64,000 nt of DNA from Pseudobdellovibrionaceae bacterium (GTDB lineage: Bacteria; Bdellovibrionota; Bdellovibrionia; Bdellovibrionales; Bdellovibrionaceae): positions 11,034 to 75,033 of the forward strand of contig JBIKLL010000006.1 of NCBI GenBank assembly GCA_044359815.1, written 5' to 3'. Positions 1 to 9,628 of this stretch are shown here, one piece after another (position 1 is the stretch's first letter; each line of letters starts with the position of its first letter). Under the pieces are notes generated by a model, which did no database searches, was not told the DNA's origin, and saw only the letters and a list, made by a program, of their open reading frames with translations. Made by a program: the position numbers and the translations under genes.

Positions 1-221
1 AAATTTTTATAAAAGTCCCCAACCCTAAGAGTACCCCCAGAGGTTTTATCCCCTGGGGTAGGTAGGTACACTGGAGGCAAAGGAGTGCCTCCTAATAAAT
101 TGATTTTAAATACTTAATCACAGTGGGGCATAAGTTCCCGCTAATTTCCGCCATAGCCCCACTACAGAGGGATTAGCCACAATGGAACCAGCTAAAAATG
201 GTTCCTTTGTGTCGGTACAGT

Positions 222-1055
222 TTAACCGATCATTTTTAATGCTAATGATGGGATCTGGTTCGCTTGCACCAATACAGCCGCAGAAGCTTGTAACAATACA
301 TTGTTTCTGGCTGATTCTGCTGTGGCATTAGCGACATCAGTATCCCTGATTCGCGAATTAGCGGCAGACAGGTTTTCGTGCTGAACACCCAGATTTTCAA
401 CCGTTGATTGAAATCGGTTTTGCAAGGCCCCCAGATTGGCTCGAAAGGCTGCAACCTGAGCTTGAGCATTGTCCACCACATTTAATGATGCTTGTGCGCC
501 TTCTTTGGTAGTGAAATCTAAGTCAGATATTTCTAAATTGTCAGTCGTTGCGTTTAATCTGGAAGGATCAAAAGAAATTCGATCTTCAAAATCATCGTTG
601 TTAACGCCGACTTGAATGTCAAATTTTTCACCGCTTCCGTCCAACATCACAGTTGAACCAAATCGTGTTGTTTTTGATATACGTTGAATCTCGTTTTTAA
701 TCGCTTGAACTTCGGCATCGATGTATCCACGCTCTCTTTCACCGACAGTGTCAGATGAAGCCTGGATGCCCAGTTCACGCATACGAGTTAATATATTTGA
801 AATTTCGCCCAAACCACCCTCAGCGACTTGCACCATCGATATACCATCGTTGGCGTTTCTGGATGCTTGTGCCAATGACCTGATATTGGATTTCAAGTTT
901 TCACTGATACCCAATCCAGCGGCATCGTCTGCAGCCTTAGTGATACGGCTTCCAGAAGACAATTGAGCATAGCTCTTCTGGATCTCACGCTGTGAGTTTG
1001 TCATGGTTCTTTGCGCATTGATCGCTGGTACGTTCGTAGTAATTCTCATTCCCAT
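222..1055 (-). CDS. fliC: Flagellin (short, D0/D1 only)
   Basis: MGMRITTN start, LSSGSRITKAADDAAG, SRIRDTDVA and QANQ.P C-terminus; 277 aa; GGAGG RBS. Confidence 0.97.
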   Translation of the reverse strand: MGMRITTNVPAINAQRTMTNSQREIQKSYAQLSSGSRITKAADDAAGLGISENLKSNIRSLAQASRNANDGISMVQVAEGGLGEISNILTRMRELGIQASSDTVGERERGYIDAEVQAIKNEIQRISKTTRFGSTVMLDGSGEKFDIQVGVNNDDFEDRISFDPSRLNATTDNLEISDLDFTTKEGAQASLNVVDNAQAQVAAFRANLGALQNRFQSTVENLGVQHENLSAANSRIRDTDVANATAESARNNVLLQASAAVLVQANQIPSLALKMIG

Positions 1056-1230
1056 TGGGAACCTCCTTTTTATAGCAATCAGACTTTTGTCGAGTTTGTT
1101 ACCTACACATCCCCGATCAACCTGAAATTTTCTGATTCCAGATCTTTTTCAAAAGCGAATCTTTCTGATTGCTGTTGTTTAAATTTTTAATTTGTAGTTT
1201 TCAGAAACTTTCTTACTTGCTACACCCATT

Positions 1231-1257
1231 CAATCGGCGAGGTCGTGGAAGGCTTTA
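1231..1257 (-). promoter_or_regulatory. sigma28 (FliA) promoter of flagellin 1
   Basis: Minus strand TAAA-N15-GCCGATTG versus consensus TAAA-N15-GCCGATAA. Confidence 0.85.
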
Positions 1258-1509
1258 GTCGCGTCGAGCATTTCTGGACCCAAGTCAGATAGGATCTGGA
1301 CGTTTGATTAGCAAAAACGCTAGACCAAAATACTGATTTCAGGACCTAGGTTTTAGATTTTCAGGACTAACCGCTTAGGACTTATAACCATCAGAGTAAT
1401 GTCCAGTCTGTCCAGGGACCTGCTATTGTCCAGTCTGGTTAAATTCAGTAAAAAACTTTGCTCATATTATTGCGTATCCGTAGAATGAATTTCATCACGA
1501 GGGGATTTT

Positions 1510-2040
1510 ATGAATAAGCTATTTTTGTTTTTAGTTTTACTGACCGCAGGCTGCAGCTCCAATGTTAAAAAAGAACAAAAATTAATGAGCTCTAATGCAC
1601 CCTCTGTAAGCCCCAGTTTTTTAAAATGTGCAGGGTTGAGCATGCTCAGCAATAATATGAATAAATCTCAAAAGGCCGATTTTTTTGCCGAAGCTCAGTT
1701 TGCTCAGATTGCCGAATTAGCTTACGATTCATCCGCTCATAAAATTTCTGGAATGGCTCTGACACTGAAAATGGAAAAAGGCAATATTGCTATCGATGAA
1801 CAAATGCCCATCAGCTTGACGATTACAGAAAACGAAAGTTCTAGTGAATCCAGAATGCTGGCTCAGTTTGTTGGCAAAGGCACCCTCAGTAAAACTTCGA
1901 TCACAGGATTGCGATTGGTCGCCACTGAATCTCAACAAGGTGTCGTGTTGTATGCAATCGATCCCACAAATATCATTCGCCCCATCGGCCAGCGCTGCGA
2001 ACTCCAGCACGAGATCCTGAACCAGATCCTAACGAAATAG
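1510..2040 (+). CDS. Hypothetical lipoprotein
   Basis: Signal peptide with lipobox LTAGC; GAGGGG RBS; 176 aa. Confidence 0.75.
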   Translation: MNKLFLFLVLLTAGCSSNVKKEQKLMSSNAPSVSPSFLKCAGLSMLSNNMNKSQKADFFAEAQFAQIAELAYDSSAHKISGMALTLKMEKGNIAIDEQMPISLTITENESSSESRMLAQFVGKGTLSKTSITGLRLVATESQQGVVLYAIDPTNIIRPIGQRCELQHEILNQILTK

Positions 2041-2114
2041 CTTTTGAAAATCTGCGTACAGAAATCTTTTCTGCTTGCAGATTTTCAATAAGATTTCATC
2101 TAGTCTGCTTATAT

Positions 2115-2129
2115 CGAGAACAATTGTCA
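2115..2129 (+). promoter_or_regulatory. Possible Fur box upstream of iron permease
   Basis: CGAGAAC-A-ATTGTCA resembles the 7-1-7 TGATAAT-N-ATTATCA motif; lies directly upstream of the FTR1 gene. Confidence 0.4.
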
Positions 2130-2173
2130 TTTTCAGGTGCTTTATGTAGGTTTGCCCTTATTCCGGAGGCCCC

Positions 2174-4135
2174 ATGAAATTCCTGTGCAGATTTCTGTTT
2201 TTACCCGCCCAAGCCTTAACTGCTAAAAAAATAGCTCAAAGATTTTATCAATCACTATTGATTGCAGCTATAGCAGCCATATTAGTGAGCTCACCTTGGC
2301 AGAGGGCTTTTGCTAAAACAGATAACCCAGCCATAGTGATTCATTTGTTGGATTATATTGCTAACGATTATGCAGGAGCCGTCGAAAACGGCAAAGTCAT
2401 CAGCGAACCAGAATACGCCGAACAAAAAGAATTTGCTGGAATTATTTCTGAAGCGTCTCAGGAAATCGCTCAGTTCAGAAATGACCAAGAGTTTGTAAAT
2501 AAAATTAAAAAATTCGTTGCGATGATAGACAATAAAGCACTTGGAACTGAAGTCACCAAGACTGCCAGGGAATTGCAAGCCACTGCCCTGAAATTGGCAG
2601 ACATCAAGGTTTCGCCCACCGTATGGCCCAGCCTTGAAGCCGGTCAAAAATTATATGCAAAAAACTGCGCCTCCTGCCATGGCGAAAAAGGTTTAGGCGA
2701 TGGCGAAGCTGGTAAAAATCTGGATCCCAAGCCCGCTGATTTCACAGACCCTGCAAAAATGTTGGGAAGCTCCCCTTACAATTATTTTAATACCATTCGC
2801 CTGGGCGTGCCCGGCACAGGGATGCCTGGATTCAGCGACCTGAGCGACAGTCAAATCTGGGATTTGGCATTTTATGTAAAATCCATCGGCCACAAGGATA
2901 AAGGCAACGGCTCTGATGAGTTATCAATACCTCTGTCAGAAGTCGCCTCTTTGAATGACCAACAAATTTTGTCAAAAATGTCAGGAGCTCAGGATCAGGC
3001 CAGTTATATTTTGGCCACCATCAGAAATTATTCTCCGGTTTTAAAATCAGATTATTATTTAAATCTTGCTAAAGAACTTTTGAACGAAAGCTTTACGATT
3101 TACCAGGCCAATAATCTAGATGCTGCGAACAATCTGGCGCTCAGATCCTATCTGGAAGGTGTCGAGGCCATCGAACCAAAAATCAAAGCTAACGATGCCA
3201 GTCTGATTATTAAAATTGAATCGATTATGGCCGAATACCGTGAAGCCGTTAAAATCCCCAACAACAAGGCTCAGGTGCAAGAAAAATTAAACGCTGCCTT
3301 GGGAACAATTGATGAAATACAAAAGGTCTTAACCGATAAAAAAATGACTCATTCAATGATTTTTAGTTCTGTGTTTAGTATTTTTTTAAGGGAAGGATTT
3401 GAATCAATCCTGATAATAATCGTTTTGTTAAGCTCGCTAAAAATCATGAAGGTCGATCATGCAATTAAATGGGTTCATTTTGGCTGGATTTCGGCAGTAG
3501 CCCTGGGCGTGATGATTTGGTTTATGTCAGGATTTCTGACTCAACTAAGCGGAACCAGCCGCGAATTGGTTGAGGGATTTATTTCTTTGTTTGCTGTGGT
3601 GGTTTTGGTTTATGTGGGCTTTCACTTGCACAGAAATTCCATCGCCAAACAGTGGAATGAATTCCTGAAAGTCCGCGTGGCAGAGCTGGCAAAAACCCAA
3701 AACCTATTGGGCCTTGCGATTTTGTCATTCCTGGCAGTTTTTCGCGAAGCCTTTGAGGTTGTTTTATTTTTAAGAGCCATCTGGTTTGATGTTGATGATC
3801 AGGGTAAATCCTATGCCGCGGGTGGAATGATTTCAGCCTCTTTATTTATTTTGCTGATTGCATTTCTGATGCTCAAAACCAGCGTCAGAATGCCGATTTC
3901 GACTTTGTTTAAAGTTTGCTCTGCCGTGATGGCGTTTTTGGCAATTACATTATTAGGTAAAGGCATCCATAGTTTTCAAGAAACCGGGGCATTACCTTTT
4001 AGCTCGACAACATTAATCCCCCGTGTGGAACTGTTGGGTATTTACCCTTCCTGGGAATCCGTAATTGCACAAATAGCCTTGTTGGCATTTATTGTTTTGA
4101 TTATGCGTAAAGATTTAAAAACTCTGTCTGCATAG
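2174..4135 (+). CDS. FTR1-family iron permease with cytochrome c domain (PbrT-like)
   Basis: CASCH heme motif; REGFE and REAFE motifs; multiple TM helices at the C-terminus; start may be a little downstream. Confidence 0.92.
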   Translation: MKFLCRFLFLPAQALTAKKIAQRFYQSLLIAAIAAILVSSPWQRAFAKTDNPAIVIHLLDYIANDYAGAVENGKVISEPEYAEQKEFAGIISEASQEIAQFRNDQEFVNKIKKFVAMIDNKALGTEVTKTARELQATALKLADIKVSPTVWPSLEAGQKLYAKNCASCHGEKGLGDGEAGKNLDPKPADFTDPAKMLGSSPYNYFNTIRLGVPGTGMPGFSDLSDSQIWDLAFYVKSIGHKDKGNGSDELSIPLSEVASLNDQQILSKMSGAQDQASYILATIRNYSPVLKSDYYLNLAKELLNESFTIYQANNLDAANNLALRSYLEGVEAIEPKIKANDASLIIKIESIMAEYREAVKIPNNKAQVQEKLNAALGTIDEIQKVLTDKKMTHSMIFSSVFSIFLREGFESILIIIVLLSSLKIMKVDHAIKWVHFGWISAVALGVMIWFMSGFLTQLSGTSRELVEGFISLFAVVVLVYVGFHLHRNSIAKQWNEFLKVRVAELAKTQNLLGLAILSFLAVFREAFEVVLFLRAIWFDVDDQGKSYAAGGMISASLFILLIAFLMLKTSVRMPISTLFKVCSAVMAFLAITLLGKGIHSFQETGALPFSSTTLIPRVELLGIYPSWESVIAQIALLAFIVLIMRKDLKTLSA

Positions 4136-4248
4136 TCGTTGCGATAAATATTTTTCAATACGTCTTGATAAGCTTAGACATTAACTGGGGTCTTCTGACA
4201 TTTTAGGCTTTGTGCAGCTATTTGCCCCCTGCCAGGATCCGCAAGACA

Positions 4249-4527
4249 ATGGAAAAAAATCACGAACTGACCAAAACACTGAAAGCTATTATCAAATCCA
4301 AACGTGATTTTAATCCTGCAGAGATTGCCCAGAAGCTGGGAATCACAAAATCTAGTTTGAATAAAATCGTAAAGGGCCAGAGCGAACCCACACTGGCTGT
4401 GCTGTTGGAGTTTCTAAATAAATCAAAGGCCCCAAAAAAATTGCGCAAAAAAGTTTTGTTAATTCATTTTCAGAATCAGCTGACTGATCCTGATCACAGA
4501 CAGCAAATCGAAGATTTGATTGGCTGA
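4249..4527 (+). CDS. XRE/Cro-type helix-turn-helix protein
   Basis: AEIAQKLGITKSSLNKIVKGQSEPT HTH signature; ATG at 4249 preferred over TTG at 4210. Confidence 0.75.
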   Translation: MEKNHELTKTLKAIIKSKRDFNPAEIAQKLGITKSSLNKIVKGQSEPTLAVLLEFLNKSKAPKKLRKKVLLIHFQNQLTDPDHRQQIEDLIG

Positions 4528-4810
4528 TTTAGACACCACGATTTCACTCCGCTTTAAGAATCTGAAATGTGTATTTTGAAGATTTAGTTTTATACAAAAA
4601 ATAACCCCCCGAGGGCGGGCTTAAGAACCAAATCTGTGTCTGTGTGGGCATTACAGATCGGCTCTTTAAAACTCTAAATAAAACTCTTAATAGAAATCCC
4701 TTAAAAAACTGTAAGTATAATTTCTCTTCAACTATGAAGACTTAAAATAGTCTTCACTATTCAAGAGGCCTTTTTAAAAACCGGGAGCACATAAGCACCC
4801 CCGAAATCAT

Positions 4811-5638
4811 TTAGCCAATTAATTTTAATGCAACACCAGGTGTTTGGTTGGCCTGAGCCAGTACCGACACCGCAGCGCTTTGAAGAACTTGAGCAGACGC
4901 CATTTCGGCAGTTTCTTTTGCTACGTCTGTATCTCGGATACGAGAATTCGCAGCACTCAAGTTTTCATATTGAATGTCCAAGTTGCTGACTGTTGCGTTC
5001 AAACGGCTTTGGATAGATCCAAAGTTTGCTCTCATCGCACCAATTTTTTGCAGACCTTCATCGACGACTTCTAAGGCATCACGAGCCGAAGATTTGTCTT
5101 CAAAACTCAGCCCAGCAATACCAACTTCATCAGCAGTGGCATTTGAGGATAATGAATATTTAATTACGTTTTCTTCACCACCAAAAGCACCGACATGGAA
5201 TTCAAGCTCTCCGCCTGAACCATCCAACAATCGCTTGTCACCAAATCTGGTGGTTTTAGCGATACGGTCAGCTTCATCAATTAATTGCGAAGCTTCTTGG
5301 TGTAAGAATTTTCTTTCAGCGTCTCCGATATTGTCAGAAGCTGATTGAATTCCCAACTCTCTTAAACGAATCATGATATTTGTGATTTCATTTAATCCAC
5401 CTTCAGATACCTGAATCGCTGATCCAGCGTTGAAGGCGTTGTTTCTGGCTTGCGCAATACCTCTAATTTGACCGCGTAAGCTTTCAGAAATCGCTAATCC
5501 AGCGGCATCATCTGCTGCTTGAACTATTCGACTTCCCGAAGCAAGAGCCTGAGTTGAATGCTCCATTCGCTTCTGTTGTATGCCCAGAACCCTTTGCGCT
5601 GCAATCGACGGTAGGTTCGTTTGTATTCTTAAGCCCAT
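4811..5638 (-). CDS. fliC: Flagellin (short)
   Basis: Flagellin N- and C-terminal motifs; 275 aa; AGGAGG RBS. Confidence 0.97.
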   Translation of the reverse strand: MGLRIQTNLPSIAAQRVLGIQQKRMEHSTQALASGSRIVQAADDAAGLAISESLRGQIRGIAQARNNAFNAGSAIQVSEGGLNEITNIMIRLRELGIQSASDNIGDAERKFLHQEASQLIDEADRIAKTTRFGDKRLLDGSGGELEFHVGAFGGEENVIKYSLSSNATADEVGIAGLSFEDKSSARDALEVVDEGLQKIGAMRANFGSIQSRLNATVSNLDIQYENLSAANSRIRDTDVAKETAEMASAQVLQSAAVSVLAQANQTPGVALKLIG

Positions 5639-5852
5639 GTGTTCCTCCTACAAACCTTCGTTTGTGTTAAGACGCGCTCCTTGATAGCATCTGTTTATTA
5701 ATTCTGTTTGCTGGAGTGGATTCCTGTTTGCGAAAGGTGACTGATCTTTCGCAAACGGAATGTGCCCGTTAGGCTGGTGAAGGGCTCTTGACTTTGACTG
5801 CTGTCCCGAGGTCCTTAACAAGTCTGCGGTTGCTCCAACGTGTTCACAGAAC

Positions 5853-5879
5853 TTCTCGGCTAAGGTCCAGGAAGCTTTA
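5853..5879 (-). promoter_or_regulatory. sigma28 promoter of flagellin 2
   Basis: Minus strand TAAA-N15-GCCGAGAA. Confidence 0.85.
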
Positions 5880-6063
5880 GGTCTTTGGTCCAGTTTTGTT
5901 TTATGCGGCGCATCTTGTCTGCGTGATCACGAATGATTTTTAGGAAATTTTTTTCGACCAAGGTCTAGGTCTGAAGGTACGAATGATTTAAAACGAGTCA
6001 TTAACCGCACACTCACCTGTCTTTGAATTTAAAATTCAGTGAAGCGTAAGTGTGCCAGGTTTT

Positions 6064-6888
6064 TCAAAGTAGCTTCAAAGCATACATAGGCATCTGATTG
6101 GCTTGAGCCAAAACTGCAATTTGATATTGCTGTAAAGCTTGGGCCTTAAACATATCTGCGGTTGCCTTTGCGACATCAGTGTCAGCAATTCGCGAGCGTG
6201 CAGCTTCCAAATTTTCTACCTGCAACATTCCGTTATTTTGCACTGATTCTAATCTGCTTTGCACAGCTGCAAAATTAGCTCTGGCCGCACCGATTTCTTG
6301 CAATGCCGAATCCACCATTTCAATAGAATCCACTGCAGACGATTTATCTGCGACTGACAACCCATCAATGCCCAAGCCAGAAGCCGTCGTATCAGTATTG
6401 CTCGTATAGGTAATTATATTTTCAGCACCTTTGTAAGCGCCGACTTGATACTGGTAAGTTTTCTCGGTGCCATCCAACAATTTATTCCCACCAAATCTTG
6501 TTGTCTGAGCAATACGGTCAAACTCTTCAACCAACTGAGTGTGTTCGACGTCTAGCATTTCCCTTTCCACCTCAGAATAGGTGTCACTGGCGGCTTGAAT
6601 CGCCAGCTCACGCAATCTGATCAGAATATTATTTTGTTCGTTCAGCCCGCCCTCTGCCACTTGAATCATCGAATATGCATTTTCAGCATTTTTAACGCCC
6701 GTCCTAACCCCTGTAATTTGCCCACGCAAATGTTCAGCGATTGTAAATTCAGCTGCACTTTCATTTGGATTATCAAATTTGTTCCCCGAGGCTAGTGCTT
6801 TCAATGCACCTTCGTTTTCTCGGGAAGACTTCGAAATTTGGCGCTGTGCCGCCAGTGAAGCCATATTTGTATTGATTCTAAGTCCCAT
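6064..6888 (-). CDS. fliC: Flagellin (short, more divergent paralog)
   Basis: MGLRINTN, QVAEGGLNE and SRIADTDVA motifs; 274 aa. Confidence 0.95.
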   Translation of the reverse strand: MGLRINTNMASLAAQRQISKSSRENEGALKALASGNKFDNPNESAAEFTIAEHLRGQITGVRTGVKNAENAYSMIQVAEGGLNEQNNILIRLRELAIQAASDTYSEVEREMLDVEHTQLVEEFDRIAQTTRFGGNKLLDGTEKTYQYQVGAYKGAENIITYTSNTDTTASGLGIDGLSVADKSSAVDSIEMVDSALQEIGAARANFAAVQSRLESVQNNGMLQVENLEAARSRIADTDVAKATADMFKAQALQQYQIAVLAQANQMPMYALKLL

Positions 6889-7026
6889 GATGGAGCATCC
6901 TTTCGTAATGGCTCAGCTTCCCCTTAGTCCTGAAGTCACCCAGGACCAAAGTTGGCTTGCACATCAAAAGTCGCCGACAGACTTTTGCTAACTCTTGTTT
7001 TAAACCTCGTTCAGCAGTCACTATAC

Positions 7027-7053
7027 TTTACGGCACAATGCGTTAAAACTTTA
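7027..7053 (-). promoter_or_regulatory. sigma28 promoter of flagellin 3
   Basis: Minus strand TAAA-N15-GCCGTAAA. Confidence 0.78.
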
Positions 7054-7214
7054 ATATTATTAATCATTTCTTTAATTAAGACGCAATATGTTATTTAAAT
7101 GTTTGGGATTTATCAATCGGATACAGGTCAGATAACCGATTCGCCTATACCCAGTTCTTTGGTCCAGATCTAGGCTGTGATTTTAGATTCAAATGTTTTG
7201 AAGGGCGGGTTCGA

Positions 7215-8828
7215 CTATTTCACCGGTGGGTTTGCTGAAGGCTTTGCTTGAGTTACGGGTTTGGCAGGAACGGTTGCTGGTTTTGCAACAGGTTTTGCTG
7301 GAACAACTACAGGTTTCGCTGGAGTTGCAGGCTTGGCAGGAACGGTTGCTGGTTTTGCAACAGGTTTTGCTGGAACAACTACAGGTTTCGCTGGAGTTGC
7401 AGGCTTGGCGGGAACGGTTGCTGGTTTTGCAACAGGTTTTGCTGGAACAACTACAGGCTTCGCTGGAGTTGCCGTGGGTTTTGCCGGAACAACTGCAGGC
7501 TTGCCAGGAACTGCTGCAGGTTTTGCTGGCGCCGGAGCTGCCTGAGGTTTTACTGAACCATCACTGGGTGGAACTCCATTTAGATTATTTGAATTAGCTG
7601 TTGGCCTTGAACTATCCAAAACTGCTTGTTTCATGGCTTTCAAGGAAACCATCAGGCTTTCCAGAATTCTGTTTCTTTCATCAGCTGGTAGTTTCGGGTA
7701 ATTTCTGCGCAACTGCACGATTTTTTTAGAGGCATTGTAAACCACATGAAAATCAATTTTTGAGTTTTCATTAAACAAACCCAATTTACCAAAAGGATTG
7801 TTACCGTTTTTCCAGTCATTATTTCCTACGAAAAAATCAAACCTTGCTATGCCATTGGCTCTGTTTTTGATTTTCTGACCCACGTCTCTGACAACAAAAA
7901 AACCATCGTGGGTTGTACCGTCTGGTAATTTAGTACCAACAACAATCGGCACAAAAATCACAGTTCCAATTGGATAAACTCTGATATCTGCAGCCACAGT
8001 ATGAAAGATATCTAAGCAAATATTTGGACTGTTACCATAACCAAACGGGCATTCTTCATAATTATAAGTAAAAAACTTTGCTCCATTTGGACCGCGCCCT
8101 TTATAGTTCAAAAAATAGAACTTTCCATTGATGTCGGTGTCACACTTGCGACCTTCGATACAAGAGTTATATCCAGTAACACAGCTGCCTTCCATCAAAC
8201 ACAAATCGTAAAATCTTTTGCACAATGAAAGCGTAACCCATTTTTTGTTTCCGCGATCATCTGTTTTATAAACAGAAACGTCTCGCTTTTCGCTCAACAA
8301 ACAACTGGTTGCGGTTGTGTAATCAATAGGAAAATCATAAATCGTAGGATTCATTTTTTTAGAAAGGCTAAAATCTTCAGCTTTAAATTCGGCAGGAACC
8401 TTGCTCATGTCGACTTGACCACCGGTTGGAGCAGCAGGTTTACCAGGTTGAGGTTTATTTGTGGCATCGTATGTAGTGGTGGATTGATCAACAGGCTTAA
8501 TAACACCTGATCCTGTACCTGAATCTTCAGCAGGATTTGCTGAATCAACTTGATCATTGGCAGAGTTAGCTTGGTCGCCAGCAGGTTTTTGATCGGCTTG
8601 AGTATCATTACCACCAGGATTATTTGAATCACCAGAAACATCTTCTGAATTCTGATTTCCAGAACCCTGTCCAGCAGTTTCATTGGCCGAGCCTGGGTTA
8701 GGAGCATTTGCCTGGCGATTTGCATCTGATAATTGATCGGGAGATGCAAATTGTTCTGGACCAAAAGCAATGCGTTCGCATCCCAGAAAGAACACTGCTG
8801 AAATTAAGATAGCGATCACATTAATCAT
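7215..8828 (-). CDS. Lipoprotein with 3D (MltA-like) domain and Pro/Ala/Lys-rich repeat tail
   Basis: FLGC lipobox; VAADIRVYPIGT...VRDVGQKIK...FDFF matches the 3D-domain Asp motifs; PAKP repeats; start may be 8837. Confidence 0.75.
   Translation of the reverse strand: MINVIAILISAVFFLGCERIAFGPEQFASPDQLSDANRQANAPNPGSANETAGQGSGNQNSEDVSGDSNNPGGNDTQADQKPAGDQANSANDQVDSANPAEDSGTGSGVIKPVDQSTTTYDATNKPQPGKPAAPTGGQVDMSKVPAEFKAEDFSLSKKMNPTIYDFPIDYTTATSCLLSEKRDVSVYKTDDRGNKKWVTLSLCKRFYDLCLMEGSCVTGYNSCIEGRKCDTDINGKFYFLNYKGRGPNGAKFFTYNYEECPFGYGNSPNICLDIFHTVAADIRVYPIGTVIFVPIVVGTKLPDGTTHDGFFVVRDVGQKIKNRANGIARFDFFVGNNDWKNGNNPFGKLGLFNENSKIDFHVVYNASKKIVQLRRNYPKLPADERNRILESLMVSLKAMKQAVLDSSRPTANSNNLNGVPPSDGSVKPQAAPAPAKPAAVPGKPAVVPAKPTATPAKPVVVPAKPVAKPATVPAKPATPAKPVVVPAKPVAKPATVPAKPATPAKPVVVPAKPVAKPATVPAKPVTQAKPSANPPVK
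7261..7472. repeat. 72-bp intragenic tandem repeat (about 3 copies)
   Basis: Unit starting TTGGCAGGAACGGTTGCTGG recurs at 7261, 7333 and 7405, nearly identical. Confidence 0.92.
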
Positions 8829-8992
8829 TGATTTCATCTCCAAAATCTTCAGGCAGTATAGACCCACTGCCCACGATTAACGATGGCTAATTTGTCACAG
8901 GGAAATTTTGGAAATCCGATGACGATTTTTGGCAAAGCAATAAGTATGTCTGTCGAACTGTTAGACACAGATTCGAAATTTCAGAAAATATT

Positions 8993-9628
8993 TTACCCTT
9001 TTATTTTTCCAGACTCTAAAACTAAAGATTTCATAGCCAAATCTCGGACGTCCTCAGCATCATGAGTCACTAACAAAGCTGGTATTTGCTCATCTGTGGT
9101 GATGGTTTTCAGTAAAGCCCTTGCTGATTTTCGCAGGTTCTGATCCAGTGATGCAAAGGGCTCATCCAGCATTAAAATCGAAGGCTTGGCTATGATGGCT
9201 CTACCCAAAGCCACTCTTTGCCTCTCGCCGCCTGATAAATTTTGAGCTTTCGTGTCTGAACACTTTCTGAGATCTAGTTTTTCAAGCAACATTTCCAAAC
9301 GAGATCTGGTTTCCACATGGCCCAGCTTTCTGGCTTCTGCTGCAAATCGAATGTTTTCCTTGGCAGTCAAATGCGGAAATAAATCATACGACTGAAACAC
9401 GACTCCTATATTGCGATCAGGAGTTTTAAGTGCAGACATTTGCTTGCCTGCAAATTCCCAATCGACATTGGCATTAGATTCAAGACCCAATAGACAACGC
9501 AGAATCGTGGATTTTCCACTGCCAGAGGCTCCTTGCAACACTGTAATACCCTGATCCAAGATTTCAAATTGGCCCAAGTCCAAAACAAATTTTTGCTGTT
9601 TAATATATAGCTTTTTTACTAAAGACAT
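8993..9628 (-). CDS. thiQ: ABC transporter ATP-binding protein (thiamine, ThiQ-like)
   Basis: GASGSGKS Walker A, LSGGE signature, MLDEP; follows thiB/thiP-like genes; GAGGAG RBS before ATG 9628. Confidence 0.8.
   Translation of the reverse strand: MSLVKKLYIKQQKFVLDLGQFEILDQGITVLQGASGSGKSTILRCLLGLESNANVDWEFAGKQMSALKTPDRNIGVVFQSYDLFPHLTAKENIRFAAEARKLGHVETRSRLEMLLEKLDLRKCSDTKAQNLSGGERQRVALGRAIIAKPSILMLDEPFASLDQNLRKSARALLKTITTDEQIPALLVTHDAEDVRDLAMKSLVLESGKIKG

Noticed and set aside
5721..5760. GCAAAC/CGAAAG hairpin in the flagellin 2 leader as a c-di-GMP-I riboswitch
   Set aside because: The two-hairpin GEMM architecture and GNRA/receptor arrangement are not recognisable; kept only as a structured leader
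7226..7597. Plus-strand repetitive ORFs, and a possible CRISPR-like repeat
   Set aside because: Antisense shadows of the 72-bp coding repeat; units are contiguous with no unique spacers and there are no cas genes
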